Below, piece by piece: positions 46,835 to 64,000 of a stretch of DNA of 64,000 nucleotides (position 1 is the first letter of the stretch; each line of letters opens with the position of its first letter). Both the position numbers and the translations under genes were made by a program. The notes under the pieces were generated by a model that worked only from the letters and a program-made list of their open reading frames with translations, had not been told where the DNA came from and ran no database searches. The stretch comes from the human T2T-CHM13v2.0 reference genome, Homo sapiens: assembly GCF_009914755.1 (NCBI RefSeq), contig NC_060926.1; one strand, written 5' to 3'.

Positions 46835-49290
46835 AATCCTCCCAAGGACGGTTCAACATATATGAATCAATAAATGTGATATACACATTAACAGAATGAA
46901 GGACAAAAACTATATGAATATCTCCATGGATGCAGAGAAAGCATTTGACAAAATTCAACATCTTTCTGTAATAAAAACTTTCAACAAATTAGGTATCATT
47001 GTCCACATAACACAATAAAGGCATATATGATAGGCCCACAGCTAACATCATACTCAATGGTAAAAAGTTGAAAGCTTTTTCTCTAAGATCAGAAACAAGA
47101 TGGATGCCCATTTTCACCACTTCTATTCAAGTTCTAGCAATTAGTCAAGAAGAAGAAATAAAGACATTAAAGTCAGAAAGGAATAAGTGAAATTGTCTCT
47201 GCAGACAACATGATCTTAAATGTAGAAAACCCTAAAGAGTCCACCAAAAAAAAAACTGTTGGAACTAGTAAATTAATTCAGTAAAGGTGCAGGATGCAAA
47301 ATCAACATAAAAAAACGAGTAGCATCTGTATACACTAACAATGAACTATCTGAAAAAGAAATCAAGAAAACAATTTCATTTATAATGGCTACACAAATAC
47401 TTAGGAATTAATTTAACCAAGGAGGTGAAAGACCTGTACGCTGAAAACTATAAAACATTGGTGAAAGAAATTGAAGAAGACACACATAAATGGAAATATA
47501 TCCCATCTTCATGGATTAGAAGAATTCATACTGTTAAAATGTTCTTAGTACCCAAGGTGATCTACAGATTCAATGTAATCTCTATCAAAATTCCAATGAT
47601 ATTTTTTACATAAACAGAAAAAAGTCCCCAAATTCATGTGAAACCACGAAAAACTCCAAATAGCAAATTGTGAGCAAAAAGAACAAAGTAGGAGGCATCA
47701 CATTATCCAGTTTCAAAATATACTATGATGCTATAGTAATCAAAAATATAACATGATACTGGCATACAAACAGACTGGTAGACCAATGGAATAGAATAGA
47801 GAGCCTCAAAATACATCCACGTTTATGGCCAATTGATTTTCAGTAAATATGCCAAGAATACACAATGGGGAAACGACAATCTTTTCAATAAATGGTGTTG
47901 AGAGAACTCCACATGCAGAGAAATGAAATTAGACCCTTATCTCACACCATATACAAAAAAATAACACAAATGGACTAAACACTTAAATATAAAATCTGAA
48001 ACCATAAAACTACTAGAAGAAAACATACAGGAAAAGCTCCATGAGACTGGTCTGGGCAATGATTTTCTGGATATGACCCCCAAAGCACAGGCAACAAAAG
48101 CAAAAATAGACAAATGGGATTATATCAAACTAAAAAGCTGTGCAAGCAAAGGGAGCAATCAATAGAGTAAAGAGATAGCCTACAAAAAGGGAGAAAATAT
48201 TTGCAAACCATACAACTGATAAAGGATTAATATCCAGAATATATAAAGTATTCATACAATTCAATAGCATGAAAACATACAACCTGATTAATGAAAGGGA
48301 AGCAAAGTACCTGAATAAACATTTTTCCAAAGAAGACATACAAATGGCCAACAGGAATATGAAAAAATAACCAACTTCACCAGTCATCAGGGAAACGCAA
48401 ATCCGAACCACAATTTGACATCCCTTTTAGAATGGCTACTATGAAAAAGACAAAAGATAACATGTGTTGGCGAGAATGTGGAGAAAAGGGAGCCTTTGTA
48501 TACTGTTGGCAGGAATGTAAATTAGTACAGCCATTATGAAAAATAATATAGAGGTTTCTCAGAAAGTTAAAAATAAAACTACCGTATGATCCAGCAATCC
48601 TAGTACTATTTATATACCCAAAGAAAATGATTCAATATGTCAAAGAAAAATCTGTACCTCATGTTCATTGCAACATTATTCACAATAGACAAGATATGAA
48701 ATCAACCTAAGTATCCTTTAACAGATGAATGATTAACGAAAATGTGATGTATATATACCTAATGAAATATTGTTCAGCCTTAAAGAAGGAAATCCTGTCC
48801 TTTGTAATAACATGGATGAAACTGGAGGACATTATATTATGTGAAATAAGCCAGGCACAGAGAGATAAATGCCATGTAATCTCACTTATGTCTGGAATCT
48901 AAAAAAGTCATACATATAGAAGCAGAAAATAGAATAATGGTTATTAGGGGCAGGGGGAGGAGGGTAGAACTGGGGAGATGTTGGTCAAAGGATACAAATA
49001 TTAAGATAAGCAGGAAGAACAAGTTCAAGAGACCTATTGTACAACATGGTGACTACAGTTAATAACAATGTATTGCATACTTGAAAATTGCTAGGACAGT
49101 AGATTTTAAGTGTTCTCATCACAAAAGAAATGATAAGTATGTGAGGTAACACATGTATTAATTAGCTTGAGTTAGCCATTTCACAATGTATCCATATTTC
49201 AAAACATCAGGTTGTACACTACAAATATATATATATATTTTTTGTATATCTAAAAATTTTTAATATTTAAAAATTCAACTCAAAAATAAA
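46835..49290 (+). mobile_element. 5'-truncated L1MA-type LINE-1 (3' half of ORF2 plus 3'UTR)
   Basis: [23 protein letters not shown]...; L1MA-type 3'UTR (ctattgtacaacatggtgactacagttaataacaatgtattg). Confidence 0.9.
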
Positions 49291-49295
49291 TTCTT

Positions 49296-49629
<334 letters not shown>

Positions 49630-51011
49630 CTACGCACCTTGTCATTCACTTTGCATGGAAAGAGAAGAGACTCAAAGTAAGAATGTACTGACTCATGGTC
49701 AAATGGCTTGGCTACAGGTCAGGGGGATGGAAGGAGAAAATTTGGAAGACTGGAGAAAAAGACATCAGAGAAAAGGGCATATGGGTGGACTTATGGGGAT
49801 GTACAAAAAGTATGAAGATCTTTGTTTCACATGTTAACATCTACAAGAGGTATCTATCAACAACCAAGGAAAAAAGCGACTCAGCCAGATGATGTTAGCC
49901 AACCTCTTCCATTGGCCAGCTCAGTACTAGCACAATTGGTGAATAAATATAGTGACAAGGATGGAGGCTATGCAGAGGCCCAAACAGCAGAAGTCTCCAC
50001 TGACTAAGTCTTACCTAGCTACTGCTGCTTCTGAATGTCAAAGTTGTCATCAAGACAGAGCAACACTGAGGCCTCAAGTTAGCATCATCCCTCAAGGACA
50101 CCAAGTAGCCACCTGGTGGCAAGCTGAATGCACTGGATTCTTTCCATCACAGGAAGGGTAATGATTCATCTTGGCTGGAACTGATACTTATTCTGAGTAT
50201 GGATTTATCTTTCCTACTTACATGGCCTCAAGCAGCACCACTATCCAAGGGCTGACAGAATGTTTAATCCTCCAATATGGAATCCTACACATCCTTGCAT
50301 TGTACTTTATAGCACTGTATAAGGGGAATGTACTTTGTAGCACTGTGGTTGCAGTGGTGGACACATGAAAATGCAATTCAGTGATCCTATTACAAATCAC
50401 GAAATCACAACAACTAGAAGCTGTCAAACTGATGGAGTGATGGAACAGCCTCCAGTAGCCCTTTGAAGCTGCAGGGATGGGATACAAGCATATATCCTAG
50501 ATCAGTACCATTATATGGTCCCATGTCGCTAATAGAAAGAGGACCATGGATTGAAGAAAGAGTAGCACTATTTACCGTCACCCCTGGGGATTCACTTGGG
50601 AAATTTCTGCTTTTTATCTCTGCAATTCAATGCTGTTACACAACGGAAGTAGCCAGGAATGTGTTTGGCAGCCAAGGGATGTTTAAGTAGTCCCTTACTA
50701 AATTTTGATTGCTCAATTTAAAAGGACAAGTCTAGTAGCCATGGCTACTACAACCCCCTCTCCTATCACCAGGTAAGTGACCTAGACCAGTGGAGGTGCT
50801 AGCTGAGGGTAAGAATGTAAACCTGATAGTACCTGTATAGTATGAAAGGCAGATGATCAGTTTAGGGTGAAAGACCAGTTGAAGAGCCAAGGAGCTATTG
50901 TTCCCTCCATGAATGTTACTTTCACGTTTCCCCAGCAAAATCCTGGAGGAGCTATTCCTAGATGGAGAGAAGTTATATGAAGTCATGGATCCAAATGACA
51001 CGAGGGATGGA

Positions 51012-51175
51012 CAGAGTAGTACCTTCTGTGTTGTGTAGTCCAGGCCTCCCTGCAGAATGGAGATCCTCATTCCCCAGCTTCCTTAGAGTGCTGTCTGTTG
51101 AGGGCACATGACTAAGTTCATGCCCTAGGAATTGCCCTCAGGCCAAAGGGAACTGTGTAGTAGAAGTCACATCTT
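51012..51175 (+). mobile_element. LTR16-like LTR fragment (probable 3' LTR of the ERVL element)
   Basis: ctcattccccagct...ggaattgccctcaggccaaagggaactg resembles recalled LTR16 and directly follows the internal remnant. Confidence 0.6.
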
Positions 51176-51614
51176 TGGGGCAAGAACTTAATTTGAATTC
51201 ATATTGATTGTTGTCAACAGAATTTTAAGTACTGTATGGTATGTGCGTGAAAGGAAAAGAACATTTGAAATGAGCTAATGTAGAGCGGATCTATTGGGGA
51301 ACTATTGGTGAATAATGATGATGTGGTCAGTGAGGGTCACTGAAGTTCACAGGGTTATTTGAACAGAAAACAACTGGGAGAGGTGGATTTGACACTCAGA
51401 TTGGGGGACTGCACATATAATAAGGTATCTGGGCTTCAGTTTTCTCATCTAGAACATGAGGGACTAAATGACTGCCAAGTATCTTCCAGTTTCTATATTC
51501 TGTAATGCTTAAGTACTCTGCAGAATATTAAAACGACCAGCACTGGGAGATAGCCCATGGGCTTGAAAAGTGAGGAAAAACAGAAACTGCCAGGGAGAGT
51601 TTGTTAAAACCTTA

Positions 51615-52290
51615 AAAACCTGTGCATGGCTGTTTATAACAGTTGTATTCATAACTGCCAAAACTTGGAATCAACCAAGATATCCTTCAGTAGGTTAATG
51701 GCTATGCAAACTGTGGTACATCCAGACAAGGGAATATTATACAGCACTAAAAAGAAATCAGATATTAAGCTAAGAAAATACATGGAGAAGACTTAAATGT
51801 ATATTGCTAAGTAAAAGAAGCCAGCATGAGGAGGCTATATATTGTATGGTTCTAAGTGTATGACAATCTGGAAAAGGCAATACTATAATGTAGAAACATC
51901 AGTGGTTTTCAGCAATTTGAGGAAAGTAAGAGGGGGATACATAGGTGGAACACAGAGGATTTTTATGGTGATGAAACTATTCTGTATGATACTGGTGGAT
52001 ATCTGTCATTATACAGTTGTCAAAATTCACAGAACTTTACAACACAAAGAGTGAACGCTAATGTAAACTATGGACTTCAGTTATAGTAATGTATCAATAT
52101 GTATCAATTGTAACCAATATACCACATTAATACATGGTGTTAATAATAAATGAAATTGTGTACAGAGGTAGGGATTGGGTGGAGAGTGGGATAGGAAGGT
52201 AGTGTTACATGGGAACTCTGTGTACTTTCTGCTCATTGGTTTCTGTAAACCTAAAATTGCTCTAAAAAACAGTCTACTAATTTTGAGAAA
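51615..52290 (+). mobile_element. L1MC-type 3' end
   Basis: gccaaaacttggaatcaaccaagatatccttcagtagg...gtgaacgctaatgtaaactatggact...tctgtaaacctaaaattgctctaaaaa. Confidence 0.8.
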
Positions 52291-52672
52291 CTTGATGAAG
52301 AATGAATATTCATGTAGTACCAAGGTATAACCTCAGAGATCACTGGCTAATTACAGAGGAAAATATACCATTACGATATAGATATCTGGCAATCACCACC
52401 TTAATTTAGGAATGAAAATTAGCATCACTGGCAGTGGGACAACCAGACATAAACTTCGTAAAGTGCCGCTATTGGAAGTATACGACATCACCTTTGAATG
52501 ATTCTGGCCAAAAAAGTTTAACCTGAATGTAACCAAGTCTTTAAATTTAACTTCAAATTTCAGAAAATTGAGGGGATAGACAAACTAAATGAAACCATGA
52601 ACAGTCCCACAAATCCAGAATGTGAGATATTCTACTTGACAACTAGCATGGTTCCTTTAAAATGTCAATACC

Positions 52673-52965
52673 GGCTGGGCACGGTGGCTCGCACCTGTAA
52701 TCCCAGCACTTTGGGAGGCTGAGGAGGGTGGATCATGCGGTCAGGAGATCGAGACCATCCTGGCTAACATGGTGAAACCCTGTCTCTAGTAAAAATACAA
52801 AAAATTATCCGGCCGTGGTGGCAGGTGCCTGTAATCCCAGCTATTCAGGAGGGTGAGGCAAGAGTATCTCTTGAACCCAGGAGGCAGAGGTTGCAGTGAG
52901 CCAAGATCACACCACTGCACTCCAGCCCGGTGACAAAGCAAGACTCCGTCTCAAAAAAAAAAAAA
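52673..52965 (+). mobile_element. Alu (AluSc/Y-like)
   Basis: Full dimer with an A tail. Confidence 0.92.
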
Positions 52966-53157
52966 CGTCTGTGCCATTTAGCAAGGGATTAAGTATGGAG
53001 AAATGTACTGGATTACAAAATAAGAGACAAAAACAAAATGTACTTTCCAGTTCTCGATTGGATCCCGGCTTTTAAAAATTGCTATAATTGGGAAACAATT
53101 AAGAAAATGTGAATCATAGGGTGTAATTATGTAAACCTAGATGGTATATATACGTAT

Positions 53158-53469
<312 letters not shown>

Positions 53470-54001
53470 TAAGGAAACTCAAATGTTCCAGCACCACTAC
53501 TGAGCATCAGTCATTTCCTCCACTTGAGCTGCAATGCCAATATCAAGGGCCATATACTGTTTATCAAGTTTCTATATATGTTCCAGTTTAATCTTATGAG
53601 ACCACCACAGTGTAGATGGTCGAATGGTTGACTGAAATGTGCTACATGGGGCATGACTCTTTATATTTGAAAATATTTGGGAGTTGAATAATTGTAAGGA
53701 ATTACTGATATCTTGGTGTGAAAGGATAAGGGAATTGTGGTTATGCAAGAAAATGGCTTTAGTTTTTGAATATGCAGGCTTAAGTATACAGAGGCAAATT
53801 AGCATGATGCCTATAATTTACTTTTAATTCAAATTGAAAAATTACATAAAGAAAACTTGACAAAATATTAACAATTAATTGGATTTAGGTGGTGGTTATG
53901 TGGGTGCCCATTTTTTCTACCTTTCTGTAGGCTCCAATGTTTCATAATTAAAAGGGAAAAAACGGGGCCACAAGAGAAGGTACAATTAAACATTAATGGA
54001 T

Positions 54002-57491
<3,490 letters not shown>

Positions 57492-57791
57492 TTATTTGTT
57501 TAAATACTATAAACACTAATATCATACACATGGTTAACTGGTTGTAATTTTTAAATTATATTAATAAATTTTTATAAAAACTTTTTATAAATAAAAACTT
57601 AAAATTTCATATAATAACATCTGCCACACTACCTTAAAATGGCGACTATTTCTGTATAATAAACATATATCACAGACACTTAGAGAAAGTTCAATAAATA
57701 AAGAATAAAAAGAATAGGTACAACAATTTTCCTCCTAATCAAAAACACAATTTCTCATTTTGAAAATTATTTCTTATTTCTCTTTTATTAA

Positions 57792-58165
<374 letters not shown>

Positions 58166-59569
58166 ATATTTTTATTTTTTTATAAGTGACAATGAGATGT
58201 CCTCATGATTTAAATAGTAGTCAAAACACTGGCACAGTTTAAATTTTTAGAATTTGAGTACTAGAATTACAATATTTGAAAATGGAGTCTGTACTTTGTT
58301 GTAAAACTATAAAGAGAAAATGTCACTAAAACAGTAGCTATTTTATCTTTTCCCAGAGTTATTCTCCCAGAGTGTATTTTCCAAGAGTTATTTCCCAGAC
58401 GGTTTTAGAACTTTTGGCAGTTTCGGTGATATATTCTGTAAAAGCCTTTAGTCTTAATAGGAATAACACATAGTTTTGATTGCCTTAAATTTTAATTGCT
58501 TCACTTGGCAAATTTATGTGTAAATTTCATATTCTGTGGTATTTTAATATCTTGCTTGTGGAGAAGAGGAAAAATAGGAATGAAAGTAATATTCAGACCT
58601 TGCATTGAGCTTTTGCCAAAGAAGTCTAAACAATTTCTAAAATGCCATTCAATAAGGCCATTTTAGAAGTGTTTATATGACTCTTATAACTTTAAAATAA
58701 AGAGTCTTGAAGTTAATTAAAACTCACTTTGCTTGTGATGGGTTCTACATTAACATGGCAGATTTAATCAGCCAGAATTAAAAGGTAATTCTATATTACT
58801 AAGGAGAAGAAACTGCCACATGACAGTAGTCTCCAAATCTTTCATTTTTGGAGGCTGCCTTTTATGCCTAGATTTTAAAATACTAATTGAAAAAAATATA
58901 GTTTACTTCCATTTGTGATGTAATTTTATTTCTATAAATAAAAATTTAGATAGTGTTTCATCTAAAAACTGCTAAACCAGACTTTCATTTTAAGGGCATG
59001 GCAGAAATAAGGAAAGACTAACTTGGTTCTATTACTTATATTATTTATTCAGGTAGTCACCAAAACCAGAATTTAAAATCTATTCAGTTAACCCATTTAA
59101 AGTTGATGTGTTTTACTAATTTTTTTTTTTCTTTTTGTAGTGATCTTTTTAACTGAATTACTGGACATCATGGGGAGTTCTACTCCTCCTATTTGGAAAC
59201 TTAGGCTATCTTACCAAGTTCAATATTCAAAGTTTTTCTTTCTGCCATTAAGTTTGTTTAATTTTATATTAAGCTCAGTTTGTATTATGATATCAAATTC
59301 AGCCTGAGGGATTACTTTAAACTTTCCTAGGGTATTTACAGATTTAATTTGTTCTTACAATATGTAAATACCAAGAGAGCATTCCATTTAATATTATTTT
59401 TATTAAATTAACTTTGGAGTAAAAAGTCCAAGAAAAGCCCTGTACTGAAATCACATGTTTACTAAATCCTGGATTTTCTGTACACTCCCTACATATTTCT
59501 ACTTTAAAATTCTTCTGTCATTGAAATAATTCATTAAAAGAAGCAGGCCGATGATGACAGGTAAACTTT

Positions 59570-59785
59570 TTAATGATGTTCTAATGTTGACAATTGCAGT
59601 TTTATTTTGCTTGGATCATAATGGCGTGTAAGCATTTTAGGCCCCAGAATGCCCATAAGTAGAGCTCCATTTGGAGCTGTGATCAAGATGGCTAAAAATA
59701 CTACTGTCATCACATCCTTCGCATATGGTTCCAAGTGGGGTGCGGAGACTCTTGCTGTTTCTAGAGCCAGAGGACCTAACACAGC
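59570..59785 (-). pseudogene. SLC9B1P: SLC9B1 terminal coding exon paralog
   Basis: tgtag|GCT GTG TTA...; AVLGPLALETARVSAPHLEPYAKDVMTVVFLAILITAPNGALLMGILGPKMLTRHYDPSKIKLQLSTLEHH*, frame intact. Confidence 0.94.
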
Positions 59786-60229
59786 CTACATTTAGGGGTA
59801 AAAATGGGGCATAAAGAAAAATATTAAACTGAGTTAATATATAATGTAAATGGCTGTGTTAAACAAAATCTGGTACTAGACTATTAGAAAAAAAAGTACT
59901 CAGTAATTTTCATAAGTTACTCATCAGTTCCATGTTCTTCCTAGCAAATATATGTGGAGGAAGAGTACCATAGTGACAAATCAGCATGCAAACATTTTTG
60001 GGCTGATGTTGCACTCTTGTCATCTCAGTGTCCCTCTATTCAAATATCTCTTTTGAGTGTTGCCCTCATAACACCAGGAGTTCTAACGAAACCGGTTTTG
60101 CTTAGTTGCCTTTATCGTGTACCAGTGGTTTTTGACTACGAGAAGACAAAATAAAATATTAAGTTTTCTTATGGTTCTCTAGGATTTGTTGCCCTTCTTC
60201 TCATTGTTCTCCTTATTCAGAGGGCACTG

Positions 60230-60460
60230 GGTTATAGCAGAACTGACAGCAGGCTTGGAATCTAGCAAACTGGGTTTGAATCCTACTTTGTTGCAACCAG
60301 GCTAGTGACCTTGTACAAATGACTCACACTCTCTAACCTTCTACTTACTTAAGTGTAAAACGAAGAAAAAAATACTTATCTTACTGGACCGTTGTGAAAA
60401 TTAAATATGAGAATGTGAAGAATACCTGGCACAGAGTAGGTATTCAGATAGTAGTAAGTT
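60230..60460 (+). mobile_element. MIR/L2 fragment
   Basis: ctgggtttgaatcct...gtgaccttgtacaaatgac...gttgtgaaaattaaat...cctggcacagagtagg. Confidence 0.65.
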
Positions 60461-61799
60461 TCTTTCTCCTTCACTCCTCATCCCCTGCCAGGTCAGAGAA
60501 TGAGTTCCTTTGAAGTTTTTGTTTTAGAATGACTCTACTGGGTCACAAGATTTTTTCCCTAGTTACCTTCTACCACATTATTTTTAATAACATAAAGCAA
60601 ATTTCTTGCTAACTCTCTTTCCTTGTGTTTAATAGCTAGGCATGAAATTGCCTTAAAACTTGGGGGAATTAAATACCAATATATAACATATTTTCTATGG
60701 AGTTGCAAAGTAACAACATAATGGTAGAAACATTACCTCTGATATGGAACATTATGGCAAAAGAACCCCTCAATTTAAGATCAATTTCTATATCCTAAAT
60801 CAATAATTTAAAATGGTATTATTTTTATATCATATCTTTTAATGTACTGAACATGATCCAGTGTGCTGGAGGATGCTAGGGAGAAAAAAACAATCATGGA
60901 GAAAACCACCTTGAAAGAATCTTACAGTTTAGAAGAGGATTTGAACATAAAAGAACTGCCAACAGAAAAAACAAAAACAAAAACCAAACCCATTGACTTT
61001 TAAGAGATGATGACGATAATGGTGAAACTAGAAATAATATTTTTATAGTTATATGGCATTTATCATATGTCAGGTATCATTCTTAAAGCTTTCCATTTAT
61101 CAATTCATTTAATTCTTATGACAACCTTATTATGTGAGGACTTTTATTAGATGATAAATGATTTCCTCCTAGTGACTGAGATTTAATATTATTTCTTTAA
61201 AAAAATCCAATTGCCAAGCTGATCTTACATTTGTAAACTAAATTATTTATTTACTCTCCTAATAGCTTCTATTTTTCCAGTCTAATTTTTATCAGTAACT
61301 CGAAACTAAGGAACAAGAGAAAGCTGAACCTTAGCCAATTTTATTTTAGCAGCAGAGAACGGCGGAAGAGGATAAAGGTGAAAATAATTTAAAATTGAAA
61401 TTTAAATATTTGTTGATCGTATTTACTTGTGACATTATTGTTATCTATTATTGCTGTTGTGACTCTACTTGTATAAATAATTAATTTTTTATGTCTTGCC
61501 AGTTCCTGGAACCAGCTTGATATTCTTTGTGTAGAAGCTAGCCTGGAGCCAGCAGACAGGAATAGGCAGAAGCAGAATAATACTGCAGGACTTGAGTGAG
61601 TGGTCTCTTTCCTCATACCTGCTTTTCTTTTTTCCCTGCTTTATGAAAATTATGAAATAATGAAACAAAATTGCAAGAGTATTGTTGGAAGGAGAGTGAA
61701 CAGATACTCCTTTTGTAGATTTATTATTCCCTATAGTAGACGTTAAAAATAAAAAGTTATTATTTATATTACTTGAAGGTAAGATAAAATAACAACATT

Positions 61800-62030
61800 G
61801 TTTGTTAACTGAGCACCATCCTATGCCAGAGAGAGTGCTAAGCACTTTATGTGGATTATCTCATTGAATCCTGACAACACTGCTAAGAAACAGATACAGT
61901 CATAGACTTCATTGTAAGATGAGAACACTTAAGGACTGAGAGACTAGAAAATAATTTTCCTGAGGTTATAGGCAAGTAACATGGTATTCAAAACAGGTAG
62001 CCTGGCCCTATGAGCCTGCTTTTCTAACAT
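61800..62030 (-). mobile_element. MIR fragment
   Basis: actgagcaccatcctatgccag...gtgctaagcactttat...attatctcattgaatcctgacaac. Confidence 0.6.
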
Positions 62031-62502
62031 GATAATAGAGGGTTTTTTGCATGAAAATTTAGGAGCTTCTGTTATGGAATAACAACTAAGAAAAGAGCCA
62101 CAGGAAATTAAGGTATATTATGCTGCCAAGTTAAACAGTCTAACAAGAAGTAGCAATATATTTTAGTAGGAGGAGAATCTCCTTGAATAACAGGGCAAAA
62201 TTACAAGGTTTCCCTTTCCGTTCATTCATCCTTGCAGGCATGCAATACGTATTTGCCTCCTGCGTGTCAGGCACTGTGTTAAGTGCCAGGGAGAAATAAT
62301 GAAAAACAACTGCAACAACCAGACACCGTCCCTGTCCTTACATAGTCTATCAAGGGGGCGGGGGCAGGGATTTAGCCATTAACCAAATAGTATACAAATA
62401 AATGTGTAATTAAAAAAATATTTGTGCATTTGTGAAATGGAGTGAGTGGCAAGGTAGGAAAAGTATTTTTAAAAAAATCAATGTGTCTCTATTTTACTTT
62501 AC

Positions 62503-62794
62503 TTTTTTTTGCGACAGGGTATCACATTGTCACCCAAGCTGGAGTGAAGTGGCATGACCTCAGCTCACTGCAGCCTCAACCTCCCGAGTTCAAGCAATCC
62601 TCCTGCCTCAGCCCCCAAGCAGCTGTGACTACAGGTGCATGCCACCACACCTGAATAATTTTTTTGTATTTTTTGTAGAGACGGGGGTTTTACCATGTTG
62701 CCCAGGCTGGTCTTGAACTCCTGAGCTCAAGTGATCTGCCTGCCTCAGCCTCCCGAAGTGCTAGGATTACAGGCATGAGCCACCATGCCTGGCC
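62503..62794 (-). mobile_element. Alu (AluJ-like)
   Basis: Reverse-complement dimer. Confidence 0.9.
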
Positions 62795-62999
62795 TGTGTC
62801 TCTAATTTTTAAAATCATAACATTTAGCTTTGTTATATTCAGCAAAATATAAAAACTCCAATTTTCAGATATATTCTTATTATATATTTTAGGAAAATAA
62901 AAAAACATATTTTCATAAACTTAGGAAGTACTTATTGAAAGAATACTTTTTGATTTCAAAATAATTGCTTTTAAAACTGAGATTTCAAAAGGTTACGTT

Positions 63000-63798
<799 letters not shown>

Positions 63799-63944
63799 TA
63801 ATTTTAATGAATAGTTATGATCAATCAAACATTTAAAAAGTAAGGATAATAGCTCATATTTTGTGATTGGAGTAACATTTTTCATTTTAAATTTTAAAAG
63901 CATCTAAATGAAAGCATTAAGCAATAGGCTTAATATGTTCTTAC

Positions 63945-64000
63945 CTGTACTGTAGCTTAGGGCATCCATGCTAAAGCAATAAATATTTTCTCCTTAAAAC
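63945..64000 (-). pseudogene. SLC9B1P: SLC9B1 penultimate exon paralog (partial)
   Basis: Minus strand FKEKIFIALAWMP*ATVQ|gtaag, with TAA at 63959-63957 replacing Lys. Confidence 0.92.

Overview
Human or great-ape pericentromeric segmental-duplication mosaic. I find no intact protein-coding gene, CRISPR array or RNA gene. From left to right: (1) 13.2 kb of diverged HSat2/HSATII satellite; (2) an AT-rich spacer; (3) a ~0.54-kb GCTTTTTGC GC-rich repeat; (4) a ~10-kb Xq28-derived block with ABCD1 exons 7-10 as an unprocessed pseudogene; (5) a subtelomere-derived block in which an L1PB-like element is fused to a degenerate (CCCTAA)n tract plus TAR1; (6) a 4q24-derived block with the CISD2 last exon, a nested ERVL/THE1/L1/Alu stack, a full-length PABPC1 retropseudogene split by a solo LTR, and the last two SLC9B1 exons on the minus strand. 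This matches the known ABCD1P/PABPC1P/SLC9B1P paralog blocks at 2p11, 10p11, 16p11 and 22q11; I cannot tell which copy it is without alignment. Gene identities, residue numbers and repeat subfamily names come from recalled reference sequences, not from searches. I see no convincing new biological system. The best leads are pseudogene alleles that mimic disease variants, a buried telomere with a TERRA-promoter remnant next to an orphan CISD2 splice acceptor, Alus at duplicon junctions, and substructure within the satellite.
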